Both the position numbers and the translations under genes were made by a program. Under the pieces are notes generated by a model that saw nothing but the letters and a program-made list of their open reading frames with translations, made no database searches and was not told the origin of the DNA. DNA of 39,301 nt from Octopus bimaculoides (lineage: Eukaryota): positions 15,680,716 through 15,720,016 of the forward strand of contig NC_068997.1 in NCBI RefSeq assembly GCF_001194135.2, written 5' to 3'. Below, piece after piece: positions 22,883 through 34,440 of this stretch (positions are counted from its first letter, which is position 1; every line of letters starts with the position of its first letter).

Positions 22883-24073
22883 TTTTATATTCATATAACT
22901 CCCAGTAAATATGTTGAGAGCCACTTCCTTTCGTTTGTGCACTCACTTGCATATGTGTGTACATGCACATGCGCACATGTATGAATATGAAAACGAATAG
23001 AAATAAGAACATATATATAAATGGGTGTGAAAATGTTTTCATATACATTTGTATATCTATGAACACAGAATGCTAAATTGATATACCGTGTGTGTATGTA
23101 TATATGGATACACACACACACACACACATACATGTATAAGTATATATATGTACTGATGTAATATATATGTACATATGTATGTTTAAAGGTATTGAAACGG
23201 AAATATAAAGTAGAAGTGTGATAGCACACACCTATACTCTCTTATATATGTTGAAACGTATGCAAATAGCTATAGAAACTTATAAAATATTTAATATAAT
23301 ATTTTATGTTACATATATGTAATATAACATGCAAATGGTTATATATTTCAGCAGATATGCTTATAAAAGTTTATGTATGTACATGAATATATACATGCAT
23401 ATCCTAAAAGTCTGTGAACAGATATGAATATTTATATTGACATAGACATACATATGTAGGTCTAACATGTCCATATTTGTTAAATATACATAAGTAGAAC
23501 TACTAATATCACAAACAAGCTTACAATGATATAACTAAATGATATAACTACCTTGGTTAAGATATACATACATATAGCGTGAGAGTATATATATTCTATC
23601 TTCTCATAAACAGATGAAATTTTTACATATAAAAACGTGTTACGCACTATTGGAATAGTCCATGAATGCTACAAGCAGGGTGTGAGTGATTGTAGTAAGT
23701 ACAATAATAGACATTGGGTAATAATGTAAAAATATCACTAATAAGTGTAGAGTGTAATTCAGAAATAAGAAATTGTAATATTTAAGTATATAAATTGATG
23801 GGTATGTTTAAAGTGGTGTTGATATTGGTGAAGCTAAAAGAATAATGTTTATAAAAAAGTGTGATTTAAAAGCATGATACTACTTAGAGTAATTATAATA
23901 TGCTTTTTTTTTTTTTTGCATATTTTATTGGAAATCATTACAAGTCTTAATCATTTGAGTCGTCTTCTTTTGAGTTTTTTGTTTAAGGCTGCTGTTTAGA
24001 GGAAAATGATTTCATAGCTCTCAGTTGAACAAAGTTTGCATGGTTTATTGTTATCTGCAGAATATTTAATATT

Positions 24074-24222
24074 ATTTGAAGATAAGCAACAAAAATTCAA
24101 TAGGTTATAGCAGTACGTACGTTTCGTACAGACTCCATTTATTCATGTAGTGAGAACACCACAGAATGTACAATTGTACATTCTGCTATAACCTATTGAA
24201 TTTTTGTTGCTTAACTTCAAAT
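24074..24222. repeat. Near-perfect palindrome with a 51-bp insertion in the left arm
   Basis: 24075-24113 vs 24183-24221 pair at 38/39; 24162-24185 is a perfect 24-bp palindrome; insert bounded by a cag duplication. Confidence 0.9.
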
Positions 24223-24329
24223 TTTATTCACCAAATCTCTTGATTTTGTTTTTGGTTTTTATCCTACCAAATTCTGGTGCCTCAAACATTTTAAGTACCA
24301 CATTTAATCTTTTGATTAAATCTATATTA

Positions 24330-25440
24330 TTATTCTGAATATTTAATATTATATAGGTTGTGCTATTTTAAAATGAAAAATTTGTTTTTATTTTTGAACT
24401 CACATGTGAAAGTGTAAAATGAAATGAAATTATTTTTGATGAAGGTTTCAAAAGGAATGAGTGTCCGGGTTGAAACAGAACTTGAAATGGTTAGTGGTAA
24501 AGTTAATGTAGGTTTTAATGGAATTTCCAGTATATGTATCACATTGTTACAGTGTCTTTAGCTAGAGGGTTAGAATTAAAGAGATAGGTGTTAGGATTGA
24601 TGTAATTGGAAATATTTGAACTTAGGCAGGTTCTAATCTAGACTGGATGCTACATTGGAAGAACCTAAGACTTGAACAAAATTAAATGTGGTGGGACCCA
24701 AGAGTTTAGTAGAGATGTTATTAATGCTACAATGATATTCATGTTAAGTAAAGTTTAAAACAAAAACATTTAGCTATGGAAGAAGGTTAAACGGTTAAAA
24801 CATTTAGCTATGGAAGAAGGTTAAAGAATTAATCCAATGAATGTTTATTTTCTTTTTGATGTCTGACAGTTCTAGAAGTTTCTTCTGCATATATAATTTG
24901 TTTCTTTAAATTCTCTTCTAGGAGAGTATATTTGGAAAATTGTTAATCATTTGTTGTCTAAAGAAGTAAAAATTTTTTAGTAAATTTTATCTAGAGTAGT
25001 TAGATAGTTTGTGAATGTAGTTTAACTGGTTTATGATGTGTGAAATGTGAAGAACTGGTTAAATTAAGAGATAAAAATCTAAACAGCAGTAGTATGTTTG
25101 TTTCTACATCAATCAGTTGTCCAGCATTTTTGAAGAAGATTTTCGTGAATTAGGGCTTCTAACATCAAAACGGTTATTGCTATAAAATCTACCATTAATA
25201 GAGTGAAACTTAGTTTTTAATTTCATTAGAATAAACCAATAAGATAACTAAAGACCTTTTTGCTTACATCAATATCCATATCAAGTTGCTAAAATATTCT
25301 ATAATTTCATGTGCTTCTAATCTTATGAATTTTAGAATTCTTAATGTTGGTATCTCATTTTGCAAAATGTAAGGTTCCGGTGAGTAGTGTTTTGCTAACA
25401 GTATCCTATGTCAAATTCTAAGAATTTTGAGTCAAATATA
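24330..25440 (-). mobile_element. Highly decayed CR1/L2-like LINE ORF2 relic
   Basis: Fragments HSINGRFYSNNRFDVRSP (xxINGxxS...VxSG-like), YINPNTYLF and TTNHFKFCFNPDTHSF*NL (CR1 C-terminal-like); many stops. Confidence 0.45.
24763..24825 (+). repeat. 29-bp tandem duplication (period 34)
   Basis: aaaacatttagctatggaagaaggttaaa at 24763 and 24797. Confidence 0.95.
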
Positions 25441-25523
25441 TTAAAAATAAACTTAACCAACTAATTGTCACCTAGGTAAAGATACCACTTGCTGACACTT
25501 TGGAAAAAGTTTTGCCTATGATG

Positions 25524-25529
<6 letters not shown>

Positions 25530-25575
<46 letters not shown>

Positions 25576-25610
25576 TAGCAATAATAATAATGATAATAAT
25601 AACAATGATG
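25530..25610. repeat. (AAT)n microsatellite
   Basis: Directly visible. Confidence 0.95.
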
Positions 25611-26050
25611 ATAAATGAAATACCTGAAGCAAAAGAAAACCTAAAGCAAAAAATCCAAGCAAAGGCATAACGATTGTCACGAGGTATAAAGAGAAGCAAA
25701 CAATTTAGACAAAACAAATTATTTAAAGAAGATGGAAAGAAATTTTGCAAGGAACTTGGTAAACAGCAAATAAATGTTGAGCAATCGCCAAAGAAAGAGG
25801 ATATGGAAAATTTCTGGAGTACGATATGGGAAAATGAAAAACAACATAATGAAGATGCAGAATGGATTAAGGAACAAGAAACACTCCTGGAAAATGAAGA
25901 AGTACAGGAATGGGAAGATATTCAAAAGGAGGAGGTCACCCTGGCCCTGAAAAAGGCCAGCAATTGGAAGTCACTGGGAATAGATTGAGTACCAAACTTC
26001 TGGATCAAGCAGCTAGTTGATATACATAGAGATATATCATCAGCTCTTTT
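25611..26050 (+). mobile_element. R4/Dong-clade non-LTR retrotransposon fragment (pre-RT region into RT motif 0)
   Basis: KENLKQKIQAKA*RLSRGIKRSKQFRQNKLFKEDGKKFCKELGK..FWSTIW..AEWIK..ALKKASNWKSLGID*VPNFWIKQL (WKxPGxD..NFWxK motif). Confidence 0.8.
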
Positions 26051-26356
26051 ATTGTTCAGCCATTTGACTGCAGCCATGCTGGAGCACCACCTTGGAGGTT
26101 TTTTTTTTTTTTTGACAAAGAAATCAACCCCAGGACTTATTCTTTGTAAGCCTAGTACTTTTTTCTATCGGTCACTTTTGCTGAACCGCTAAGTTACGGG
26201 GACATAAACACACCAACATCAGTTGTCAAGCAATGGTGGGAAAACAAACACGCACACACACACACAGATATATGCATATATATATATATATNNNNNNNNN
26301 NATCAGTTGTCAAGCAATGGTGGGAAAACAAACACGCACACACACACACAGATATA

Positions 26357-26403
<47 letters not shown>

Positions 26404-26556
26404 GATAAGCTTCTTTCAGTTTCCGTCTACCAAATTCACTCACAAGGCTTTGGTTGGCCCATGGCTATAGTAGAAGACACTTGCCCAAGGTGCCATGCAG
26501 TGGGCCTGAACCCGGAACCATGTAGTTGGGAAGCAAGCTTCCTAGAACATAGCCAC
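26048..26556 (-). mobile_element. SINE family 1 (split by a 10-N gap)
   Basis: Tail rc ccatttgactgcagccatgctggagcacc; head rc ggctatagtagaagacacttgcccaaggtgcc...gggaagcaagctt. Confidence 0.88.
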
Positions 26557-26772
26557 GGATGCACCTATATATATCTATATACATATATACGCACACTTGT
26601 GTGTGTATTTATGCCTGTAAACAAATACATAAATACATAACACATTCTCACCTTTGTCTACCTGTTCATGACTGTGGATTTTTCTCTTTAATCACCATTT
26701 CTGTGTCTCCCTCCACTTTCACAGAATCTCCATTCATCCTTTCTGATTATCACATAGCAACCCCCTTTGCTG

Positions 26773-26775
<3 letters not shown>

Positions 26776-26836
<61 letters not shown>

Positions 26837-26946
26837 TCTCTTTCTCTCCCTGTTTCTTACCATAATCATCCATTCATACTTACTGTCTGTCCAATCTCAT
26901 TTCTGTCTTTCAAAACTTACTCTCTCTCTCTCTCTCTCTCTCTCTC

Positions 26947-26980
<34 letters not shown>

Positions 26981-27320
26981 GTATTTCTGCATTTCTCTTA
27001 ATTTCCCTCTCACTCTCTCATTCACCTTCACCCTCTCTTATTAACTCCACCTACTACTTTTTATACATATACATACACACAAATACATACACAATACATA
27101 CATACATACATACATACGTACGTACAGTCTCTTACTCTCATTTGTGCTCCCTTCCTTACAAACTCCCCTTCATCAAGATCCCTTTCTATAGATGCATTTA
27201 GCAAGATGCAGGCCATTTTAAAAAGGGACACTTAATTATGTAAACACACAGACGCATACATCTATATATATATATACACATACATATATATATGTACATA
27301 TATATATGCGTATGTGCGTG

Positions 27321-27355
<35 letters not shown>
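26776..27355. repeat. (CT)n, (CATA)n and (TA)n microsatellites
   Basis: Directly visible. Confidence 0.9.
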
Positions 27356-27938
27356 NNNNNNNNNNNNNNNNNNNNNNNNNNNNNNNNNNNNNNNNNNNNN
27401 NNNNNNNNNNNNNNNNNNNNNNNNNNNNNNNNNNNNNNNNNNNNNNNNNNNNNNNNNNNNNNNNNNNNNNNNNNNNNNNNNNNNNNNNNNNNNNNNNNNN
27501 NNNNNNNNNNNNNNNNNNNNNNNNNNNNNNNNNNNNNNNNNNNNNNNNNNNNNNNNNNNNNNNNNNNNNNNNNNNNNNNNNNNNNNNNNNNNNNNNNNNN
27601 NNNNNNNTGATTTACTTATATATATATAAATATATGTATGTATGTATGTACATATGCATGTATATATTACGTGAAATTTCAATCACTAACAGAAATACGT
27701 GTATGTACATACTTGGGTACTTATACATACACACACGCACACACACACACACACATACACACACACACACACGCACATATACACACACTGTATCATACAT
27801 ATACATAAGTAAATCACACATAGCTGTTTAGATATTTAATCAGCCTTCTGAAAAGAATAACATATAAATACACATGTTCTCAGAATATAGTTATAGACCT
27901 CTCTCTCTCTCTCTCTCTGTTTGCGTGTGTGTGCATGC

Positions 27939-27983
<45 letters not shown>

Positions 27984-28339
27984 TGCACAAACCCATCAAC
28001 ATAGACTATAGAAAGATAATTATAACACACAGAGCGTCTGAAATAAAATTTCAGAAAGAAAAACTGTTATAGCTTCAATGATATATATTTATAAACAAAT
28101 CCTTTCTCTTCTGGATTCAGTTTTAAATAGATAATTAATATTTTGAGGACATTTTCAAAAGGTGTATGTTTGACTTCTTTTCCAGTAGCCATCTGACTCA
28201 TGTTATGTATGTTATGATATGTATGTATGTATATATGTATGAATGCATGCATGTATGTATATATATATGTATTTATGTATGCACATATGTATGTATACAC
28301 ACACACACACATATAAATATACATATATGTATGTATATA

Positions 28340-28648
28340 TGTATATATATATATATATACATATAATTATATATCTGTGTGTGTGTGTCTGTGTGTGTCT
28401 GTTTTTATATATACATGTTTTATACACACTATTACACAAATATATACGTATGTATAAATATCCGAAGACACTTATATGTGTATATATATGTATTTGTATA
28501 TGTATATATATATATATATACATATAATTATATATCTGTGTGTGTGTGTCTGTGTGTGTCTGTTTTTATATATACATGTTTTATACACACTATTACACAA
28601 ATATATACGTATGTATAAATATCCGAAGACACTTATATGTGTATATAT
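28340..28648 (+). repeat. 161-bp-period tandem duplication
   Basis: ccgaagacac at 28462 and 28623; cataatta-containing block at 28360 and 28521; units essentially identical. Confidence 0.9.
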
Positions 28649-28916
28649 NNNNNNNNNNNNNNNNNNNNNNNNNNNNNNNNNNNNNNNNNNNNNNNNNNNN
28701 NNNNNNNNNNNNNNNNNNNNNNNNNNNNNNNNNNNNNNNNNNNNNNNNNNNNNNNNNNNNNNNNNNNNNNNNNNNNNNNNNNNNNNNNNNNNNNNNNNNN
28801 NNNNNNNNNNNNNNNNNNNNNNNNNNNNNNNNNNNNNNNNNNNNNNNNNNNNNNNNNNNNNNNNNNNNNNNNNNNNNNNNNNNNNNNNNNNNNNNNNNNN
28901 NNNNNNNNNNNNNNNN

Positions 28917-28953
<37 letters not shown>

Positions 28954-29495
28954 CATACATACACACTGATATATGAGTGTATAGAGTAAGCATGTGTGCA
29001 TGTTTCCAAGTATACACCAAAATTATGTCTTGTATATATATAAATAATTGGAATGGATCGCTGCTCACCTGCACAAGACAGTGGAATGTTCCTATTTATT
29101 CTAATTATCTATACATAATTTAATTTTAACACAGTGTTCAGTGTGTACACATTCATAGAAATATATTGGAAATGTAACTGTCTCACTGCGTGCGTGTATA
29201 TGTATATGCACAGTCTGTGTGTAGACATGCATGTGTTAGAGTGTGTATAGGTGTAGGGCTGGAGCAGAAGGAAGATTGGATGGAACAAGGGCACATAAGA
29301 AAAGAGAATCAAAACAATTTTACATGTACATATTTATATCTATGTGTAATTGTCTAACTGTGAATCTCTTAACTTTCACTTTCAGTTTCTCTGTCATGTC
29401 TTTATCTTTCTTTCTCTTACTTACAGCTCGCTGGCTGTCTTTATCTCTCACTATATCTCTCTTTCAGATTCTTTGGCTCACTCTTTCTCTGTATT

Positions 29496-29549
<54 letters not shown>

Positions 29550-29869
29550 GGTAAAATGTTTGTAATGTAGGTATTTGTGCATTTATATATATATATATAT
29601 ATATATAAGGATGTTTGTAGCACTATATGTGTAACACTATACATGTTTGTATGAGTGTGCATATACACAGAAACACATAAACAAATACACATTCAGACAT
29701 GTACACTCACAACTGCACATACATGCATACAACATCATACTTTCCATATATATACATACATATGTGTGTGTGTGTGTGTCTGTGTATGCTTATATGCCAG
29801 AGAGGGAACAAATGAAACAAAGAAGTACTCAACACATTTGCTTCGAGTTACAAGTATTTAACAACAGTT

Positions 29870-30600
29870 TGTCCTGGCCCCACATTGCTTAAAGTTTCGT
29901 GGATTGTGTAGTACATGTCCAATTCATCATATACTACATTCATACATGTATGGCAGTTGATTTCATTTCCATGTTCGATCACATGTGATTCAAGTGCCTA
30001 TCATGCATGAAGACCTCATTTTCAATCAATCAAGGTCAAGTGTTCACGTGATGATTCTAAAAAATTCTTGCAGCTATGGCTTTATGAGAAACAATTTTGG
30101 TGTGATTAGCCAGAGCAAGTTTGGATTTTCCTCATTTCTGTCCTAGATAAATTCTCCTCTCAAGCTGTTTTCACAGCTACATGCTCAAACCAGCACAGTT
30201 CTCCTAAAAGCTATTTTTGCAGTTATATACCAACTGAGAGATGGTGAAAAATTATCACCATACATTTTTGTAGCAGTGTGCCAGTCAGTAGAGTCATTAA
30301 GATTTCAGATCTTATAATTTGACCCTGTCTGCTTTTCATGAAGCCTTGTACAAATGTAGCAATAAATATTGTATATCAACTGCCACCAAGTCTTGTCATA
30401 ACTACACACATACACAGACACATGTACCATACAGTATTATAGATCCATTTCAGCTTTGCACATGAGCTTGGAGATGATCGTTACAATACTGTACATTGTC
30501 AGAAAAACTGGTATAAAAGTATGGTTATGTTTCTCTGATACTGGATATCAGCAAGTGTTACATCTGATTTATGGATGCTGCGAAAAACAGAAGAACAAAA
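29870..30600 (-). mobile_element. Possible P-element/THAP-family transposase C-terminal relic
   Basis: Frameshifted reading YFYTSFSDNVQY..; TCSG(Y)ITPKLFLIK..SCKNFLESSREHLTLID*K*GL..; resembles remembered TxRFxQDxVE, GYxxxKL..CxxC and GGL motifs; weak. Confidence 0.3.
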
Positions 30601-30954
30601 ATCATGCAAAAAAAATGTGTGGCAGAATTTCAGAAGGGAGTTCAACAGTAGTTATGTCTCTTGAACAAGAGGCTGGAGTGCTTTCATGACAAGTAAGTGA
30701 CTGCAAAGTGTGTTTGTAGCTTACGTGTGGGTAACGTGGTGGTTGATAAGTGTGCATTTGTGGAATGAGAGGATTGGGCGAGTGCCTTGTCTTAAGGTCA
30801 TATGTGGATATGTAATCATGTGTTTGCATGCAAATTTGGATGCAGTAGATACTGCACCAAACTCTCAGAATGTGGCTGTGAGAATTATTGATGGTAGAAG
30901 CTCTAATGTTTAGAACCATAATGCAGTCCACAGTCAATCATTCATATATTCAAT

Positions 30955-31500
30955 TTCATATGGGCATCAAAAGAAAACTTTGCTTTTGCAGTTTAGACAG
31001 ATGTCCAGATGGAGAGAGGTCTAAAGTAGAATTCTTTTCTCTTCAGTGCCTAGCCTGTATCTCTTATTGCTATTGAAGTAAGACTGCCACCTCTCTAGCA
31101 TTCTCCACATGGCATTGTTGTCCATAGTGCTTATCTTCAACCACTATATATGCCTACTCTGCACTGTGGCATTTCACCTCTCCTGGATACTAAAGGAAGA
31201 CCTATGGTTGTTAAATCTATTCTTGAATGGACCCCTTGTCTTGCCCACATACATCCTCATGTCTGCTTGCAGAGTCCTGTGAGATCACTTCTGCTTCCTA
31301 TACAGCAGTACTTGTGTTGTACTGACCACCAAGCAGACAGGTGGTGCTGCCTCTGCATGTGGCCTACCTACTACTATTTTCTTTACACGAGGTGCACAGC
31401 TAGAAGAGAATCTTAAGGTATGTCTGTTGAATACTTTTCAGAACTTGTGCATTTGAGGAAAATGTTTATCTATTAAACTAAGATGCTACTGACACAAGAG
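30955..31500 (-). mobile_element. Penelope-like lineage B linker + GIY-YIG endonuclease
   Basis: IDKHFPQMHKF*KVFNRHTLRFSSSC; TCRGSTTCLLGGQ..AV*EAEV; MYVGKTRGPFKNRFNNHRSSF..NATVQSRHI*WLK..WRMLER..KRYRL..EEK..CLNCKS. Confidence 0.88.
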
Positions 31501-31575
31501 TTTTCCAGTAGCGTTTTCTTTTGGTTGGGTTACAGTTGAGCATATAGCAAACCTGTCCTTAAAACTGATGGTCTT

Positions 31576-31576
<1 letters not shown>

Positions 31577-31610
<34 letters not shown>

Positions 31611-31690
31611 TGTAGTAGTAGTAGTATTAGTAGTTTCTGGCATTAGACTGCAGCATGGCTGCTGTCTAATGCCAGAAACAAGTAACAGAG
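31577..31690. repeat. Two adjacent hairpins: (TAC)n-(GTA)n and a 22-bp-stem fold-back of a SINE-1 tail
   Basis: gtttctggcattagactgcagc-atg-gctgctgtctaatgccagaaac (31633-31679), one T:T mismatch. Confidence 0.92.
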
Positions 31691-31939
31691 TACAGCTTTG
31701 CACCAACATCGGTCACAGACAAATTCAGATTATGAAGAGCAGGAACAACTACTCCAAGACATTTGGTTCAACATTCTGATACTAATAAAGAGAGTACCTA
31801 TGTGGTTATTCAAATTGCTAGAAATAACAGTAAACTATCTCTCATATCATACTCTGCTAACTTAAAAAATAGAGAAACACACATTGGACAATGCAATGGC
31901 TGTGCAAGTGGGAGCCCCATTACATTGCGTTTAAAATGG

Positions 31940-32793
31940 CCCTGAACACCACCACAACTATTGCAGCTATTTTTATCATACTCAACCTGATACTTACCAT
32001 CGTCATCGTCATCGTTGTCATCCTCATCATAATCACTATTGTTGTGTTTGTCATCATCAGAATTTTTACCATCATCAACAGCATTTTCGTTGTCATAACC
32101 AACATTGCCTTATCATCATCATCATCGTAGTCATCATCCCCATCACCATTGTCATCGTCATCATCATCGCCATCACCATCATCCTCAACCTCACTAACAT
32201 CATCACCATCGTCATCATCCTCGTCATCACCACCACTGTTGTCTTTGTCATCATCAGAATTTTTATCATCATCAACAGCATTTTTTTTGTCATAACCACA
32301 TTGCCTTGTCATCATTATCATTGTCATCATCATTGTCACTGCCATCATCATCATTGTCATCATTATCATCACCGTCATAATCGTTGTCGTCATCATCACC
32401 GTCACCAGTGTCGTCATCATTATCATCATCATGAACATCGTTTTTATTATCGTGACGATGACACTGAACTGTACGACTGCAGGGTCATCACAAAGGATTC
32501 TATGTGAAACGAGAGCATCGAACGATGTGAAAGAGAAGAGCAAATGATAAGAGATGATGAAATGAAAGGTTTGAGAAAACTGGAACCATGGACTAGTATG
32601 AAGAATGGTAGATGCCAGGGTTAAAAGACGGAGGGGGATGACAAGGCAGTCAGGATTGACAACAACAGCAACAACGATGATGATGATGACACCAATTGAT
32701 AACGATGATAATGATGATGATGAGGAGCCAGAATAATGATGTTCATAAAGATGGTGTTGATGATGATGATGATGAGGATGAGGATGAAGATAG

Positions 32794-32825
<32 letters not shown>

Positions 32826-33236
32826 ATGATGATGAGGATGAAGATGATGTTGATGATGATGGTGATGAAGATGGTGATGATGATGAGGATGAAGATGGTG
32901 ATGATGATGGTGATGATGATGATGGTGGTGGTGGTGGTGATGATGGTGATGGTGGTGGTGATGATTAGAGAAGACAAAGATGATGATGGAAATGAAAACG
33001 ATGATGATTGTAAGTGACATGATGACAGTGATGATGATGATGATGGCAATGATAGTAACAATAAGGATGTTGAACACTCTGCTGTTGCTGCTGCTGCTGG
33101 TGATAATGGTGATGATGATGATGATGATGAATATGGCAGTGGTAGCGGTGATGATGATGATGGTGATGATGATGACAGCGATTATGATAAAGATGACAAT
33201 GACAATGAAGACCATAAACATATGAACATACAGAAC

Positions 33237-33270
<34 letters not shown>

Positions 33271-33360
33271 CAATAATGGCAGTCATGATGATGATGACGT
33301 TGATGATGATGATGATGATGATGATAGTGAAACTGATGTTGATGACTAATCATATTCATC
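31940..33360. repeat. (CAT)n-rich block followed by (GAT)n-rich block; internal 197-bp-period duplication
   Basis: tcatcagaattttta.catcatcaacagcatttt..gtcataacc at ~32054 and ~32251. Confidence 0.9.
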
Positions 33361-33609
33361 TTAACAGGTGATAGTACTCACCTAGTTATTATCAGTTGTC
33401 CTTCTTCACCCTCCATTTATCCCTTTAACAACTGCCCCCCCCNNNNNNNNNNNNNNNNNNNNNNNNNNNNNNNNNNNNNNNNNNNNNNNNNNNNNNNNNN
33501 NNNNNNNNNNNNNNNNNNNNNNNNNNNNNNNNNNNNNNNNCGTCCATCCATCCATCCGTCCGTCTATCCTTATATCCTATTTATCATCCAACATTGTGAA
33601 GCTCCTACT

Positions 33610-34142
33610 GTATGAGGAAAGCTGCCCAACGTCACCACCGCTGCTGCCACCACCACTACCACCACCACCACCACTGCTGCCACCACCGCCGCCGCCATCA
33701 CCACTGCTGCTGCCATCACCACCACCACCATCACTGCACTCAAAGGCAGACAGATTTCAGTCGGCTTTTCTCCATCCGACCCACCGCTACCACCAGCACC
33801 ATCACTCATTTACTTTTTCTTTACCTACATCGCAGATGAATCTATACTGATACATACGTACAGCACGTATGCATGCATGCACGCACGCATGCATACATAC
33901 TTACATAGGATAGATGCAGGCAATATGCACGCATATCCTTGCATTCTTACATTCCGACATGCCTACATGCATACGTGCCAGCTAAATTCTTCATCTAATC
34001 AGGCAGTCAGGGAATGAATAAGCGACAGACAGAGGGACAGGCAGACAGGCGGACAGACAGACGAACAGACAGGAGGACAGACTGACAGAAGGACAGATGG
34101 GCGGACAGACAGGCGGATACATGGACGGATGGACAGAGAGGT

Positions 34143-34183
<41 letters not shown>

Positions 34184-34440
34184 TAGACAGATAGACAGGC
34201 AGCTGGACAGACAGATAGATGTCTCTAAAATAATCTGCTAGCCAATGGGCAGCCTCATAAACTGACCAAGAAGCAAATTGTCTGAATACCTGTAAGGAAA
34301 TAACACCTCTGTCTAGGAGATTTATATGTATATACATTATATATGTGCGTGTGTGTGAGGGTGTGTGTGTGTGTGTGTGTGTACATATATATGAATGCAT
34401 ATATAGATAGATGTATATATATATATATATATATATATAN
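33610..34440. repeat. (CAC/CGC)n, (ATGC)n, (GACA/GACG)n and (TG)/(TA)n low complexity
   Basis: Directly visible. Confidence 0.9.

Noticed and set aside
26218-26400. ~70-bp direct duplication around a 10-N gap
   Set aside because: Typical contig-end overlap at a (TA)n tract inside a single SINE; assembly artefact
28067-28210. Protein-like stretch MATGKEVKHTPFENVLK on the minus strand, and a strong cag|gtgagc site near 29055
   Set aside because: No recognised homology and no matching acceptor/donor pair
30456-30689. ORF ending EQEAGVLS, also with an HLIYGCC motif (BTAF1-like or transposase HTH-like)
   Set aside because: Short isolated word matches with no surrounding similarity; treated as chance
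31920-33359. 479-aa His/Ile-rich ORF resembling a metal-binding protein
   Set aside because: Translation of (GAT/CAT)n low complexity; overlapping frames are similarly open, and no domain is recognisable
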